A DNA stretch of 61,848 nucleotides, filler included, from Platydemus manokwari (lineage: Eukaryota): assembly GCA_037951405.1 (NCBI GenBank). It is 6 parts of 6 records of this genome, joined end to end, with 100 filler letters (N's around TTAATTAATTAA, not from the genome) between each part and the next. Parts side by side here need not be neighbours in the genome. Positions count along the whole stretch, not along the records: positions 9,664 to 20,670 come from JBBMOY010985528.1; positions 20,771 to 32,063 come from JBBMOY010792203.1; 4 more parts are not named here. One strand, given 5' to 3'. The notes under the pieces were generated by a model. It was not told the DNA's origin. It was given only the letters and a program-made list of their open reading frames with translations, and ran no database searches. Both the position numbers and the translations under genes were made by a program. This document shows, piece after piece, positions 14,497 through 27,900 of this stretch. The number at the start of each line of letters is the position of its first letter. Positions within the stretch are counted from its first letter, which is position 1.

Positions 14497-15040
14497 TGTT
14501 AGGTATATCATAAATTAGTCAAAAGATTCCAAGAACCAAGAAAAACCTTTCAAAAAGTCAATACACACAAATCCGATAAATACACATGCCGTTAACCAAT
14601 CGGATTCGTTCTAATGTTAATCCATATTTAGAAGCTAAGAATCGACATGCATTTGCCTACAAGCTCGAATATCCGCCAATGAGACAAGGGATATAAGGGA
14701 AATCTCAAGTATATGGTTCCACAAACAAATTTAATGAATTGGAAATGAAGGTTCGTGGAATCAAGCAGACACAGTCGATGGGCCTATAAAAGAGGCTGAA
14801 TTTCATGGATTTTTGCCAGTTTTTTTGGTCGGTAATTTTTGTGCTTAGCTTATGTGTGATTTCACTGATCAGTCTTTTTGATTACTCTTTATTCTGTTTT
14901 TGACTTTCGGGCACTGATCCCATATTGAGTGATTTTCTTTGTGAAGAGTAACGAATTTTCATTGTTATATTGAGATTTCGAGTGTATTATTTTGGTTAAA
15001 ATAGCTTTGTAGATTCAAATTGTTGTTTAATAACCCAACA
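14497..15040 (+). mobile_element. LTR-like repeat, copy 2 (probable solo LTR)
   Basis: TGTTAGGT...ACCCAACA termini, internal TATA-like CCTATAAAAG; diverged direct repeat of 11283-11839. Confidence 0.7.
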
Positions 15041-16096
15041 TTATTTTAAAATTTTTTTGAAAATATATATATTGAAAAAGTATATTTTTTATTCTGTTGC
15101 AGACATGACTTTTGATTTTAAAATTGAAAACGAAGATATTTTGGCAACTAACAATAATAGAGAAATAAAATAACCTTGCAAACTCTTGAAATATTCTTCT
15201 GAAAATTTCCCTCTTAGTTAAAGGCAATCTTCAAATGATTGTCATTCCTTTAAATATAATTTTGCTCGCAACACTGTGCAGGAAATTCTCTGCCATTGGT
15301 TTGGCATTTTAGAAAAGGCCAAGTCAATAATCATCAATAATTTCCTAATCAGGAAATTTATTTACTAATCACAAATTTTAATTCAGATAAACAACTGCAT
15401 TTATTTAAATAATTAATCGTATTATCTATTTTTAATATTAATTTATTTTAAGTTTATTTTTCTAGAAATAATAATTTCATTTCTACAATTATAATTTTCT
15501 TCCAGTTTAATATACTCATTTTTATCTTTAAAAATATCAAATTCAATTCTTTGAATTTATTTTAGTTAATTATTTTTTTATTGATTCATTTTCGTTATTT
15601 TTATTTGCTAGTCTTTGTTATATTATTTAACTGAAAATGAATGGTCATTCATAACAACAAATCGTGAAGAAGAATTTGATGGAATATAAATTTTATAATT
15701 GTGTGTATTAGCTAATAGTTATTGATTATTAACATATTGAAATATACATTATGATTCCTTTATTATCAGCAATGCAGGTAAAACCGTTTTTAAAAATCTA
15801 TTTCAAGTTTTATATTGACTTCAATTCACCGTTTTAAGTTGTCGAAAAATGTGTGTACTGAATCGAATTATTAAATATTGTTTTAATTAGTTCAGAAATA
15901 AAATAAGCATTTATTAGCCTACTTAATATACATTTAAAATACAAAGTACACATTTAAAGGTACAAATTTCAAAATGTGCCACAATTAAAATCAGTTTTTT
16001 CAACATGTTTATCGATCTCATGAAAGTAATTTGTAAAGATACAACAGTAATAAAAGTACAAACGATTATTAGAAAGCAATAATTCAAGGATTAATT

Positions 16097-16993
16097 TCAC
16101 TGGTCTCTGTCATTATTTACTTTGGTGTGGGCATTTAAATCTCTGGATATCATTGATATTTTCGTGTCATGATTTGAGGCATCTTTTATTCGGAAAATCA
16201 GTTTGAATTCTTTCCTAAAATTTTCATTTAGCCATCCATAAAGTATTGGGTTGATGCAAGCTGAACCTAACACCGCTAATAAACAGGCAGCTTGAATGAG
16301 GAGAACAGTTTGACCTTTCAGAGCTCTAGTTCCATCGTTTTTGTTGGTTTCGGATGAATTCTTTTCACCATATATTTCCGACGTTAAAGTATAGCTAATA
16401 TTATTTGAGGTCGGATTAGAGGATGTACCAGTATAATCAGTTTTTTCGGCCGATACATCAGTAGATGTCATATAAAACCGCATTTCTCGAATATCCATAA
16501 GAATATTAAAAGAAACAAGAGGTAACCAACTAAGTGCAAAAATCAAACCAATACTAGCAAGCAATATGTTGGTGCGACGTTTACGTTTTTCTTCCAACAG
16601 TCGTTTTGATCTTTTGAAACTGATCAGTTGGCATTCAGCATCATCATCACGATTTTGGCCACTTTGCGAAAAATGGCGTTCCACTATCATTCCAGATATT
16701 CCTGATGCAGTCATTCGAGATCGAATTCGAATACAGATTTTTGTATACACAATGACAACAATGATTAAAGGAACTATATATTGAATCAGAGCACTCAGCA
16801 TGGAAAATATCAGTTTTGCTGATAAAATGGTAAAATCCTGACTTTTTTCTGTACATTGGAGGTGACCTTCAAATTTTACTTTGCTAAATACGATAAGAGG
16901 ACTGGCAAGGAAAACAGATAATATCCAGATTGCTGCGAGCATTTTTACCGCCGCCTGACTATCTAGAGATGTTATAGTCGGATGAATGATAAC
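16097..16993 (-). CDS. Rhodopsin-family neuropeptide GPCR (NPY/RFamide-receptor-like), last exon (ICL2 to C-terminus)
   Basis: Acceptor ctAG|GTTATCATTCATCCG (VIIHP, just after where DRY is expected); TM4 IWILSVFLASP, TM5 QYIVPLIIV..Y, TM6 FALSWLPL, TM7 SACINPILYGWLNENFRKEF. Confidence 0.9.
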   Translation of the reverse strand, partial: VIIHPTITSLDSQAAVKMLAAIWILSVFLASPLIVFSKVKFEGHLQCTEKSQDFTILSAKLIFSMLSALIQYIVPLIIVVIVYTKICIRIRSRMTASGISGMIVERHFSQSGQNRDDDAECQLISFKRSKRLLEEKRKRRTNILLASIGLIFALSWLPLVSFNILMDIREMRFYMTSTDVSAEKTDYTGTSSNPTSNNISYTLTSEIYGEKNSSETNKNDGTRALKGQTVLLIQAACLLAVLGSACINPILYGWLNENFRKEFKLIFRIKDASNHDTKISMISRDLNAHTKVNNDRDQ

Positions 16994-19900
16994 CTAGAAA
17001 AAAGTGTTATCTAAATTTACTTGAAATCTAAATATTGAAATATCTAAATATTTAAATCTGTAAAGTGAAAAAAATTATTTCTTAGATCATATTAATATTT
17101 TTCTTTTTTAATAAAAACTATAAATATATAAATTGTTATTATTGACTTATTGACAACATCGACGCAGGGCCACGTTGCGATCAATGACTCACTTGAAGAT
17201 AATAAAGTATAATTAACTAAAATTTCCATACAATGTCAGATAAAACACCGACCACTTATTAATGAAAATCAAAAAAACTCGCCAAATAAAGATGTTCACA
17301 TAAGAAATCATTTAAATTAAAAACAGGGCTACCTACCTAAAGACTGACATTGTTCTCAAGAGTTGTCTTTTTATAGACTACATTGTATTCTATTTATCTG
17401 TTTAAACCTGTACTTCTTATTTTCAAAACCATTTAAAAACTTGACCATATAATTAATTTGGATGTTAGTAATTTTTTCATTGTATATGCACATTGGAAGG
17501 CATTGTTATTTTGAAGATCTATGAATAACTATTGGAGTAGAATCTGTTATATGACAACGTAATTCCAAAGATTTCGATCATGATTTCCAAGTAATTTCAG
17601 ACACACTTTACAGTTATCTGGTAGAAAGTTTTGTAGTCTCCTCTACTCAGTAGTATTGGATAACATCTCGAATCCATCATTTTATAATTCACTCACTGAC
17701 AGATTCTACACATGTCCAAATTGCGCAACTTCATTATTCATGTTTGACAAAAATTTTTACGTTAAAATTTCATTTACAAAGACAATAAAAATTTAAATTT
17801 AAATTTACGCAAATATTTTATCGGTACGTGTATGTTTATGGCATTGAATCTTATCGTTTTAAACTTGTACCGAAGTAATTAAAAGTGTTATTTATTTCAA
17901 TCAAATAATTGAAAAAATAATAATTATTAAAACAAACTCAATTTACATGGATATCGTGACCCATATATAATTATATATTATCAATCAGATTGATAAATAA
18001 CATTATCTACTTCAGGAAAACGAATTTGAAAATCATGTTCAGATTGATGGTATCCATAAATAAAAATGTTTAATTTAAATTTAATTATTAAATTTAATAA
18101 TTAAAAAAAATTAATAAATTAATGATGAATACATGATTTATAGGAATTTATTAATGTCATCTATAAAAAATCTGTTTAATTTATTTATGCGTTGCACATT
18201 TATTATGAAGCTTTTATAATGTTCATAACATTACATATAATTTTTTCTAAAACTTAATATTCCATTTAATAAAATAATTTGAAATATTTTCAAAAAACAC
18301 CTCTTCAACATAAGAAAAACTTATGCCATTTCTACAAAAAATGGTTTAATTTTCTTTTAAGGAAATACTTTTACATTTTAGGCTTTTAACTTGATAATTA
18401 AAATTCCAAATACCGATGAATTATAGACCGCTATGTTATTTGATAATTCACATTATTAATCGAAGATTTTACTTTATGAATATTAATCATAATGGTGTGT
18501 GTGAACAGAAGACTTTGATTGTACATCTACTTACTTAACGAAGCCAAAATTCAAATTAATCAAAATTGAATATTAATGATTTCCATCGATTAAAAAATAT
18601 TCAGAAATAAATTTATTATACATTAACAGAATACATTGAAGTTTTGAATATACGCTTAATAAATGGTCACACGGTAGCTTGGCCATAAACAGTGTTAAAA
18701 TAAGAATTGGGATTTTACATTTCTCAGTTAGATTGCAACTCTTGAATGAAGTGGAACAGTATGCGAAAATAAAGAGCAGGGTTGGTAAAAAATGAAAAAT
18801 CAAAAGGAAACACGCAATGCATACAAAAGTGAAAACATAATAAATATCTCGCCATAAAAGAGTTTAAAAAGTTTCGTAAGTTAAAAATAAATAAATTTAA
18901 ATGATCATGTTAAGCCATGGATTGATTCGTGGAGCTTATAAATTTTGAATTCGACGCTTTGATTTCCCAAAGATATTAGATATTAGTGAGCACACAATTT
19001 GATGATGTTGTCAAATATTTAACGAGTCCATGATATTGAACATGGACAACTGTTCGGGAACATTGTGGACACTCTTCTATTACATTTGTTATTGTGTCAA
19101 GGCATAAAAAATTTGTCACTAGTGAGGTAAATTTTCTTCCCTGAGTTCTCTGGTAATTGAATGCCGTATCGCATTTCAGTAGCATTGGATCATTTCATTG
19201 ACGCCGATTAGTAGATCTGGGCACTTTCGAAAACTGTAAATAATACGAAGTTATGGTTGAAAGTCGTGGAACACATGATTGATTTCCATTTCTGACTTAA
19301 AAGGTCGATATCTTTTTTGAGGACATTCTTATCAAACACCTGTGCATTGGCAGGAAATACATTCAATCTGGATAAAGCCTATTGCTGATGAATCCATTGA
19401 AAGTAATATTGTTCAATTGAATATTTCGGCCGATCACCAGAAGTAATACATTGAAGTTACTTGTTACAGTTAAAAGACACAGATGATGTACACAACTGAT
19501 TGTGTTCGCTACACGTATTTTGTACTGCAAATTTTCTTACTAATCAGTGTTCATTTCATAATGTCGTTCAATAGTCAATGATACATCATGTTGTATATCA
19601 ATCAAGTGGGGATATTCCTACATATTATCTGTTTTTAAATTTTCCTTTCGAAATTTTTACGCATGATATTTTAAAAGTTAATTAAAAAAGAATATTTTAA
19701 TCGAAAATCTCGATAAATAAATACCGAATCATGTTTTTTAATTTAAATTATAGAATAACAGAATGCTTAGAACTACACTAAAAAATTTATAAATGTAAAA
19801 TTTACCGAAAGAGGACATTTCAAAGAAGATTTTCGATAGTCAGTAGTAGATATTTTTAAAAAAAATTTGAACAATGAATACTAGCTAAATCAATATGGTG

Positions 19901-20670
19901 TTGAAAAGTAGTCTTGAAATAGAATATCTCCTTAATCAATAAATTTTTTCTAAAATCTAGAGATCGTTTTCAAGAGCTTTTTTCATTTTGGAACTTTAAG
20001 TGCTATAAATAAGTCGATTTAATGTTTAGCCAATCAGTGCTGAATATCTATAATTTTAATAATGTTGTAAATAATACAACGCTTCATTGAAAAGCTGTAA
20101 TATATCCGATTTGACAGAAATGATTATGTAAAACATATATGTGATTATTGCTTAATGCAGATAAATTCATCTATTGTAAACAATATTAAATTCGAAAAAT
20201 CTTAATGATAATTGATTTAAACGTGGCAATTCAGATTTGTCAAAATACCATGGTCAAAATATATGGTCTAATTTTGTAAATATGTTTATTTTAAAATTAC
20301 TAATTATAGTAACAGAAATGTCAATAATAAAGATGATTAGCAATGATAATAATTATCGTTTGTTATTCTTAGAATTATAATTTTTATGTATGTATTACCG
20401 TAAAAATTATTTCCAAACTTCTTATTCAACAATTGTTTATTTTATTGGTTTGAAAAATCGCTCAATACTAATCTTCTTTTCGTGCCCAATTGAAGTTTAA
20501 TCCGGTTTGAAATTGCTAATGGAATATCGTCAAAATAATTTGTTTTTTTTCATTTTCTGACTAAAATACTATTAGGTGTATTTGTATGATTCCGGCTTTT
20601 ACAAAAATGAGTTAAAATCTGTATTTCAATGAATAAATTTAATTGTTATCATTTATTAATTGTAAGGTCA

Positions 20671-20770
20671 NNNNNNNNNNNNNNNNNNNNNNNNNNNNNN
20701 NNNNNNNNNNNNNNTTAATTAATTAANNNNNNNNNNNNNNNNNNNNNNNNNNNNNNNNNNNNNNNNNNNN
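20671..20770. other. Artificial contig linker
   Basis: N44-TTAATTAATTAA-N44. Confidence 0.97.
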
Positions 20771-22005
20771 TACGACATTATATGCAAGCAATACTCCCAG
20801 CGACATCTTTTATCAAATCGAAATTTTAAGGTTATACACCCAATATATGAATAACATTGGGTCCAAAAGAATCGAAAGTCGTTATCTGTATTTTCATTAA
20901 CACGCACTAATCATTATTATACAAATGCCGCCAAAACTCGACAAAGGATCTCATAAAGCACCATCTAAAGCCTGGCTTTCAACTAGTAGTTGAACATCTG
21001 TATATCGGTATTCGAGCTTGAGATTTGTGTGTAATTTTTATATCACATTTGTATCACATTTTTATTTGATCTTTAATTCCTCAAGTTCCAATTGAATTTA
21101 TTGATTTTGTATAATCGAGATTGGTTAATCCCAATGTGTATGTTACTGTCTGGCTGTGTTGCTTTTTCGAATTATAATTTTCCATTTAAGTCTTCTGTGA
21201 TTGGTTGATTTTTATGCCTGTCTAATTCTGTTTTCATGCAAATGCTTAAAGTGCTAAATTAAGGGTCCCAAAATGTTTTTTTTAAAATCGCTTTTCTTTT
21301 GCAAGAGTTCATCTATACTCAAAATTAATGTTAATAGAAATACAAATACTTTTCCGAAACTGTATAAAGGAAATTTCTTTTAAGCTTTATTCCCCCATAT
21401 TTTTACAACACACATATTACTGCTAACATTTCTAATTTTGCTACTTCAGCGAATTCAACTGGTCACTTAGGCTCACACTGAAAAAATCGGTTCTATACTA
21501 GACATTATATTTTTATATCAGTAATGTCCAGTGTCAAAGAGTTACAAAGGATCAAGCTTCAAATATTAATTAGAGAAAATCAAAGATTTGTTTCTACCTT
21601 CAAGAGCTTCTATCTGACAGTATAATTAACTACAGCTGAGTAGATCGCTTTTTTAAAATTTTATCATGAACAATAATATATGAATATTATATTCTTTGCC
21701 TTTTCTTTCTATTTTTGTTCTTGTAATATTTATAAAATCACACTAAAAGTTTTTTATTATTTGTCTAGATATTGTGTGCTAAATAACAGCATGTTCCTAA
21801 AATTAAAAAGTTTGATCATATTAGTTTTGAGTATTGAATCTGTAGAATAAAAATCGATAAATATTTATTTTGAAATTCAGACCAACTGTTGGGTTCCAAA
21901 AATTATTTAATGCTGATATTTACAACATGCAGGGAAATTTTCAAATACAACATTAATCTTTACATATACATGACTAATAAAACATGCATATTTATTAAAA
22001 TGATC

Positions 22006-22716
22006 TCAGTTAAAACGAATAGGATTTGCGTATAAAACTGGCATTTCACCATCAACGTCCAATGTTCTGTTTGGTTGTCTGGGATCTTTATAAAAGTCCA
22101 GCGGTACAACTCGTTCCGGATTAACTGAAGTCGATAGAATTCCAGAATGCTGTAAACTTTTTGTAACAAGTTCGGAACAGAAATATGAATCGGGAGTCTC
22201 GACAGCTTTTATGCACCTAAATACATTGGACAACATTGTAGGCATTGAAGTTTCATAAGGCTTATAATTCGTATCTCTGATAAATTCTGAAAGTCTCCTA
22301 AAATGCTTTTTGTTTACATTAAATAATTTCGAAGACCAGTATATTTTCCCGGGATATCTCGCCTGTAAATCTTTCAAACCTCTTAATTGAACTCCAAAAT
22401 GAAAATTGCCAAAAACATCCCTGACTTGATCCAACATAACACCTGAGGCAGTTGATTCGAATACGTATATCTCTTCGTCAATGATTTTATTTTTGAATTT
22501 CTTTAAAATGTTTTGTGTAAATAAATTCATATCTTTACCGCACACTGCTAGACCAACGTGAGAAATTTCCGGAATATTTTCATGCTTTTTATATCGGTGG
22601 GACAGAGCCTTCTTCTGTAAATATGAAATCATAGAAGACACAAATTCAGAACCTCTAAATCCAATTAAATCAAAGGTTTCGATTTTTATAATCGAAATGT
22701 CTTCAATGGAATCCAT
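22006..22716 (-). CDS. Intronless permuted papain-like NlpC/P60 enzyme (YiiX/YaeF/peptidase C92-like), 236 aa
   Basis: TFDLIGFRG (GDLIxF-like), catalytic His in ISHVGL, YVFEST, GVQLR, KPYE, catalytic Cys in YFCSELV, terminal VVPLDF. His-before-Cys order marks the circularly permuted class. Confidence 0.8.
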   Translation of the reverse strand: MDSIEDISIIKIETFDLIGFRGSEFVSSMISYLQKKALSHRYKKHENIPEISHVGLAVCGKDMNLFTQNILKKFKNKIIDEEIYVFESTASGVMLDQVRDVFGNFHFGVQLRGLKDLQARYPGKIYWSSKLFNVNKKHFRRLSEFIRDTNYKPYETSMPTMLSNVFRCIKAVETPDSYFCSELVTKSLQHSGILSTSVNPERVVPLDFYKDPRQPNRTLDVDGEMPVLYANPIRFN

Positions 22717-22975
22717 TAATAGGATTATTTTTATTGGTTGTTTGAAATCTATAATAGAGTAAATACATTAAAAAGTAAAATTATTCGTCTCTAGATATTA
22801 ATTCTCGTTTACATCTCATATACGACATTGATAGCGTAAAACCATAATTAATTATTGATATCGTTAACATTTATTAATTTGATGAGTATATCTTGCAACA
22901 AGTTTCCGAATTGAAAACATAATTTTCTGATAGTTTCATCTGTTATGTACCAATATTTTTGTTAATACTTTCATT

Positions 22976-23245
22976 GGCTAAACTTAAGAAAAGGGATCCA
23001 AATATAAAATTTAAAAGTTATTAAGTGTATTGCAAAAATCTATATAGTTTATTTAATTATATTCTTTAAAAACATTTTTAATGTTTTATTTAAGTACTTA
23101 AGAAGAGTATTAGCTATTTGAAATCAAATATTAAATAGACTAGAGCTTCAAAATCTACTAAAATTTGACAACTGGAAAAACGAATCAAAGTAGATTGAAT
23201 TGCAATTTATTGAAAATTACCGAGGCCCATTTTTAAGCATTAGAA
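22976..23245. mobile_element. MITE family A, partial copy, inverted relative to 24700-24960
   Basis: Starts GGCTAAACTTAAGAAAAGGGATCC; ~270 nt are reverse-complementary to the distal end of 24409-24960. Confidence 0.75.
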
Positions 23246-24408
23246 GTAAATTGATAGATATTCAAATTGTTTACAATTATTTGATAAAAATAAATGATAT
23301 TGGATTATTAAACACGAGTGTAGTTCACTGGCTTGATGTATTATTTAATTTCAAATTTTATTTATAACGATATATTGTTAATCAAAATGATTGATCGGCA
23401 TCATCCAATTATATATAAAGTAATACATAAATTGTTTATACACACACATATATATTGCTATGTTTTACTGTAGCATTGTCATGCATCGACTTTGACATTG
23501 AAAGATGTAGAAATCAAGGATTCATCCAATTTTATATAACAATAAATTTCTTATATTTAGTTTTATTTTCGAATTTTTTGTTATAATTCTGTGAAAATTG
23601 TTTTGTTCAACTAGATCAGTTGGTAGTTCACATTTTAATTATGTCGAATAGGAACTTAACCAAATTTATATTTTTATCAGAATATTGCTTTAAGATTTTT
23701 TGAGTTTTTAATTTTAATTATTTTAATTATAAATCGAGTAAATAAACTAAATATTAATATTACCAATAACCGTTATTATTTAATATTATTATAAAATAAA
23801 AGTGGCCAACACTTAATACAGTAATTAAAATTAAAATTAGCAACACAGTACGAACTAAAATATTATTCGATTAATCTTGATGATAATCAATCACTGCTTC
23901 ATTTATTTCCAAACCCAATTGACATAAATATGATTTTGTCTTTTGTTTAACTCAATCGATAAAATTTTAATTACAACTGTCAGAAACACTTATGTCTTCA
24001 TTTTAACATCCGCAATATTGTTCTTATTTGTATCACAACCAAAACAACTTAATAAAAATAACCGAAATCAATAGCAGAAGATAAAAAAAATAAAGAATAT
24101 ATAATTTTCTGATAATTATCAAACCTTATTTTAGTGGTTTTCAACCAAGGTTCCACGAATGCCATGACACTTGTGTTCAACTCAATTCCAGTTGATGATT
24201 CATTGTAAAAAATTAACCGTAATCTCAATGAAATATTTTTTTTATTAATTTGTCTTTCTTGATATTTACTGATAATATATGAATAAATATTAATTGAAGA
24301 CTAATTTAACAAATTCAACTCAAAAGTAAAATTTATTTAAAATATTCAACCAAATTATATCATTTTTAATAAATTTTATGAATGATTTGATTTGATTATT
24401 TCAAAATT

Positions 24409-24960
24409 GGATTTAATTTAAGAAAAGGGGTCATTTCACCTACTTTTGTAATAATGAATTTTCGCGCATGAGATAATTTTATGTACAAATGCGAAGGCTT
24501 ATTTATTTGTAGAATTCAGTTCTCACTTTTTAAGATGTCTAATGGGGACAAAACATGATTTTAAAACCAAGTTCCCATTCTAATCACAACACTTCTATAT
24601 GATTATTCGATTTTTCAAATTTAAATTTTTAAAATTATAAATCGAGTTAGTTAATTACAGATATGTTTAATAATATCTCTCAATTTACTTCTAATGTTAA
24701 AAAAGGGATACTTCTTAATTTTCAATAAGTTCCAATTCAATCTACTTTGATTCATTTTTCCAATGATCAAATTTTAGGAGAGTTTTGAAGCTCCTGTCTA
24801 TTTAATATTTGATTTCAAACAAATAAAATTCTTCTTAAGTACTTAAATAAAAACATTCAAAATGTTTTCAGAAAATATAATTAAATAAACTATATATAAT
24901 TTTGCAATACACTCAACAAATTTAAAATTTTATTTTAGGACCTCCTTTCTTAAATTTAAC
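24409..24960. mobile_element. MITE family A, full-length-like copy (~550 nt)
   Basis: GGATTTAATTTAAGAAAAGGGGTC...GGACCTCCTTTCTTAAATTTAAC; colinear with 50108-50667. Confidence 0.75.
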
Positions 24961-27900
24961 TGTAAATTGCTTTTAAAAACTTTAAAATTCGAAATCGATC
25001 TTAATAAAATATGAAAACAATTTATTAAATTACTTTATAAAATTACAATAAATTATTTTAAATTATTAAAATATGTTTTTAATCAAATGTTTAACAAATA
25101 AAGGAACTGATATCCAATTATTTTATTATCAAAGATTAATGAAAAAAAATAATATTTGTTAATAATAATTGTTATATCATTATTATTTCGAATCATAATA
25201 CAACATCCCCACATTGAGAACATCATTTTCAGAATTATGTAGAAGTTATTGATATACGATCTAACAATGTCATAGCGGTTTTTTTGATTGAATTAATAAG
25301 TTCCTCACTTAATGGTGAGAAAATGTGATTTATGTTAAAAATTTATTCTCAATAACGAATTGAAATAGGAACCAAAAATTGATAACATTTCACTAAATCG
25401 ATTAATATCAAACAATAAATCAATCATGCTTGTTCGCAATAAATTGCAGTATTAATTGAGTCTTAGTGTGTAAGCTCGATACATTAATGATGTTTCTCAA
25501 ATAATTGGTGAAATATAAATGTGATTATAAATTGAAGAACTAACATAAATCAATAATTATTTTGCATTTTCAATAAAATTTTTATACGATCAATATATTA
25601 ATTAACATATCTGATATCAGTAATTATGTACAGAATAATTCTAAACCTTCATTGACGATATTAATTATTAAAACAAAACATAAAAAAATTAATAGAGGAA
25701 GTCAGATCAGATGCGATTTGATTTATATATGATGTTCTGATTGATATTTCTGATTCTATTGATTCTTACGTTTCTAGAAGGAAGGGTCGCAAAAATATAA
25801 ATATATAAAAAGCTAGATCATTATACATTATCAGAGAGTTTTTTCGATATTGTTATGTGAATAAAAATATTGCATAAAAATTCAAGGCCCTTAAAAAGTC
25901 AGTTTTATTTTGTTTCTAATAATCAGAAAGAAAATTATTTCTAAAGAAGCTAGGAGGTTATATTACTCCTTGAGACTGATTATTAGAATACATTTAAGGA
26001 AACAAAATCTTTGTCTTATCTCTTTTCTCACAGCTAATCCAACAACAAGACAGATTTCATAGTGATGGATTTGAGGTCGAATCTATCATTTAATAAGCTA
26101 AGCTTTAGTGGTTACAAACCTACCACTATTTGACTCAACCTCATCCTTCACTCACTACTGGTCCGGAAGTACCTGGTGTAATTGTCTTTCAAACGATCAT
26201 ATTTCTCACAATTTTAATATTCATCTATAAATATTTTGAAATCCAAGATTTATTTCAATAGAAAATATACTAAAAATGAGAATATTGATCACATAAAGGC
26301 GATAATTTATTTATTTATTGATATTTGGTGTTACAGGGCTAGATCAGCATCTAAATATCAGTCCTCAGTAGTCTCCCAATCACCTAATCTTCACAAAAAA
26401 CGAGCTGAGTCATCATCTCAACAATCTCAGAACTTAGTCTACTAGAAGATAAAATCTTAATCTCAAATCTTATCTTAATATCAAAGCATACAAAAGCATC
26501 AGTACAGATCAAATTGGAAAGTAGGCATTAATGAATTAGGACATTGGGATTTTACTTTTGACTATAATCTTTGACTATTTGTGATTATTTTCGAATTAAT
26601 AAAAAATGTTGAAAATTTATTGATTTTTTGAACAAAATCGATTGATTTTTTGAATAAAATCGATGACTGACGAAATAATTATGAAATTATAGTTTTGAAA
26701 ATAATAATAATCAATAAAATCTATAAATAAGGGTAAACTATAAATTAAAATAAATATATGATAATAAATAAAGTATAATAAATAAATGTGCGCGAAAATT
26801 AAAATTGAAATTAATAATGTAGGAGGATTTATAATTAATTAAAATTAATTAAAATTATCAGAATGGAAAACATAAAATAATTTTAAAATCCAATAGGAAA
26901 AACGAAAGCAATAAACAAAATTAATTATTCATAATCATCAATAGAAAACAGCATATCAGCAGAAGGAAAATTAAAAAGATCTCTCAGAAATAATTCTAAC
27001 GGTTATTGAAAAAAGGAGATTTTGATTTCTAATGGCAGAAAAAAATTGAGAGAAAACATTTAACGAGAATACATAATTGAACCAAGCATAATTTTAAAAA
27101 ATAACCATCAAAGGTTCAAGCGATTGACATATATAGAAAAATCGATTATATTTTTAAAATCTATAATTCAACGCAAAGAAAGTGTGCTGACAAAGACTTC
27201 TCTCGTTGAACTCTGTATTTAACGTGGTCTTTGGGTAAATTGTAATTTCGAGTGATTGAGGAATTAATTAAGTGGGATTGGAATCTTCTTAAAGAAAGAG
27301 GACTTAAATTAGATCTCTGTATTGGATCAAGATTATTGAGTTATATTATACGATTTTGTACATTTGTGATGAACTTATATAAAATGTATTGGTATAATTT
27401 GTGTTTTTGATTATAGTTTTATACAATTATTGATCTCAGTTTGATTATAATATCATAATTCACTTACTTAGCTGATTGACATTGTGCTTCAACCGGCAGT
27501 ACCGAACTCAAATTAGGGATTAAATAATAAGGCCATGACCATAACATTGGGTTTTATTTCAAATTAGTAAATTTAATTTTAATTACTTCGATATTACATT
27601 AATTAAATATAAAAATTATTTATTTAATATTCACATTTTATTTTCTCCATATCATCAAAGATCAGGAATTAAATATTAAACAATAAAGATGGTTCAAACT
27701 ACAAAAACTCAGTACATGAGAATGATAGGAATAAAACAGTAATAATATTAAAGTTATTTTCTTACTTCTAAAGCGAGACTCCTCGGTCAGATGCAATCTA
27801 TGGAGAAATCAAGTAAAATGAATCTCGAAATGAACTAGCGAGTGAATTATAGAAAAGTTTATTAGGTGTAATATCTGACAATAGGAAGCAAGGACTACTG

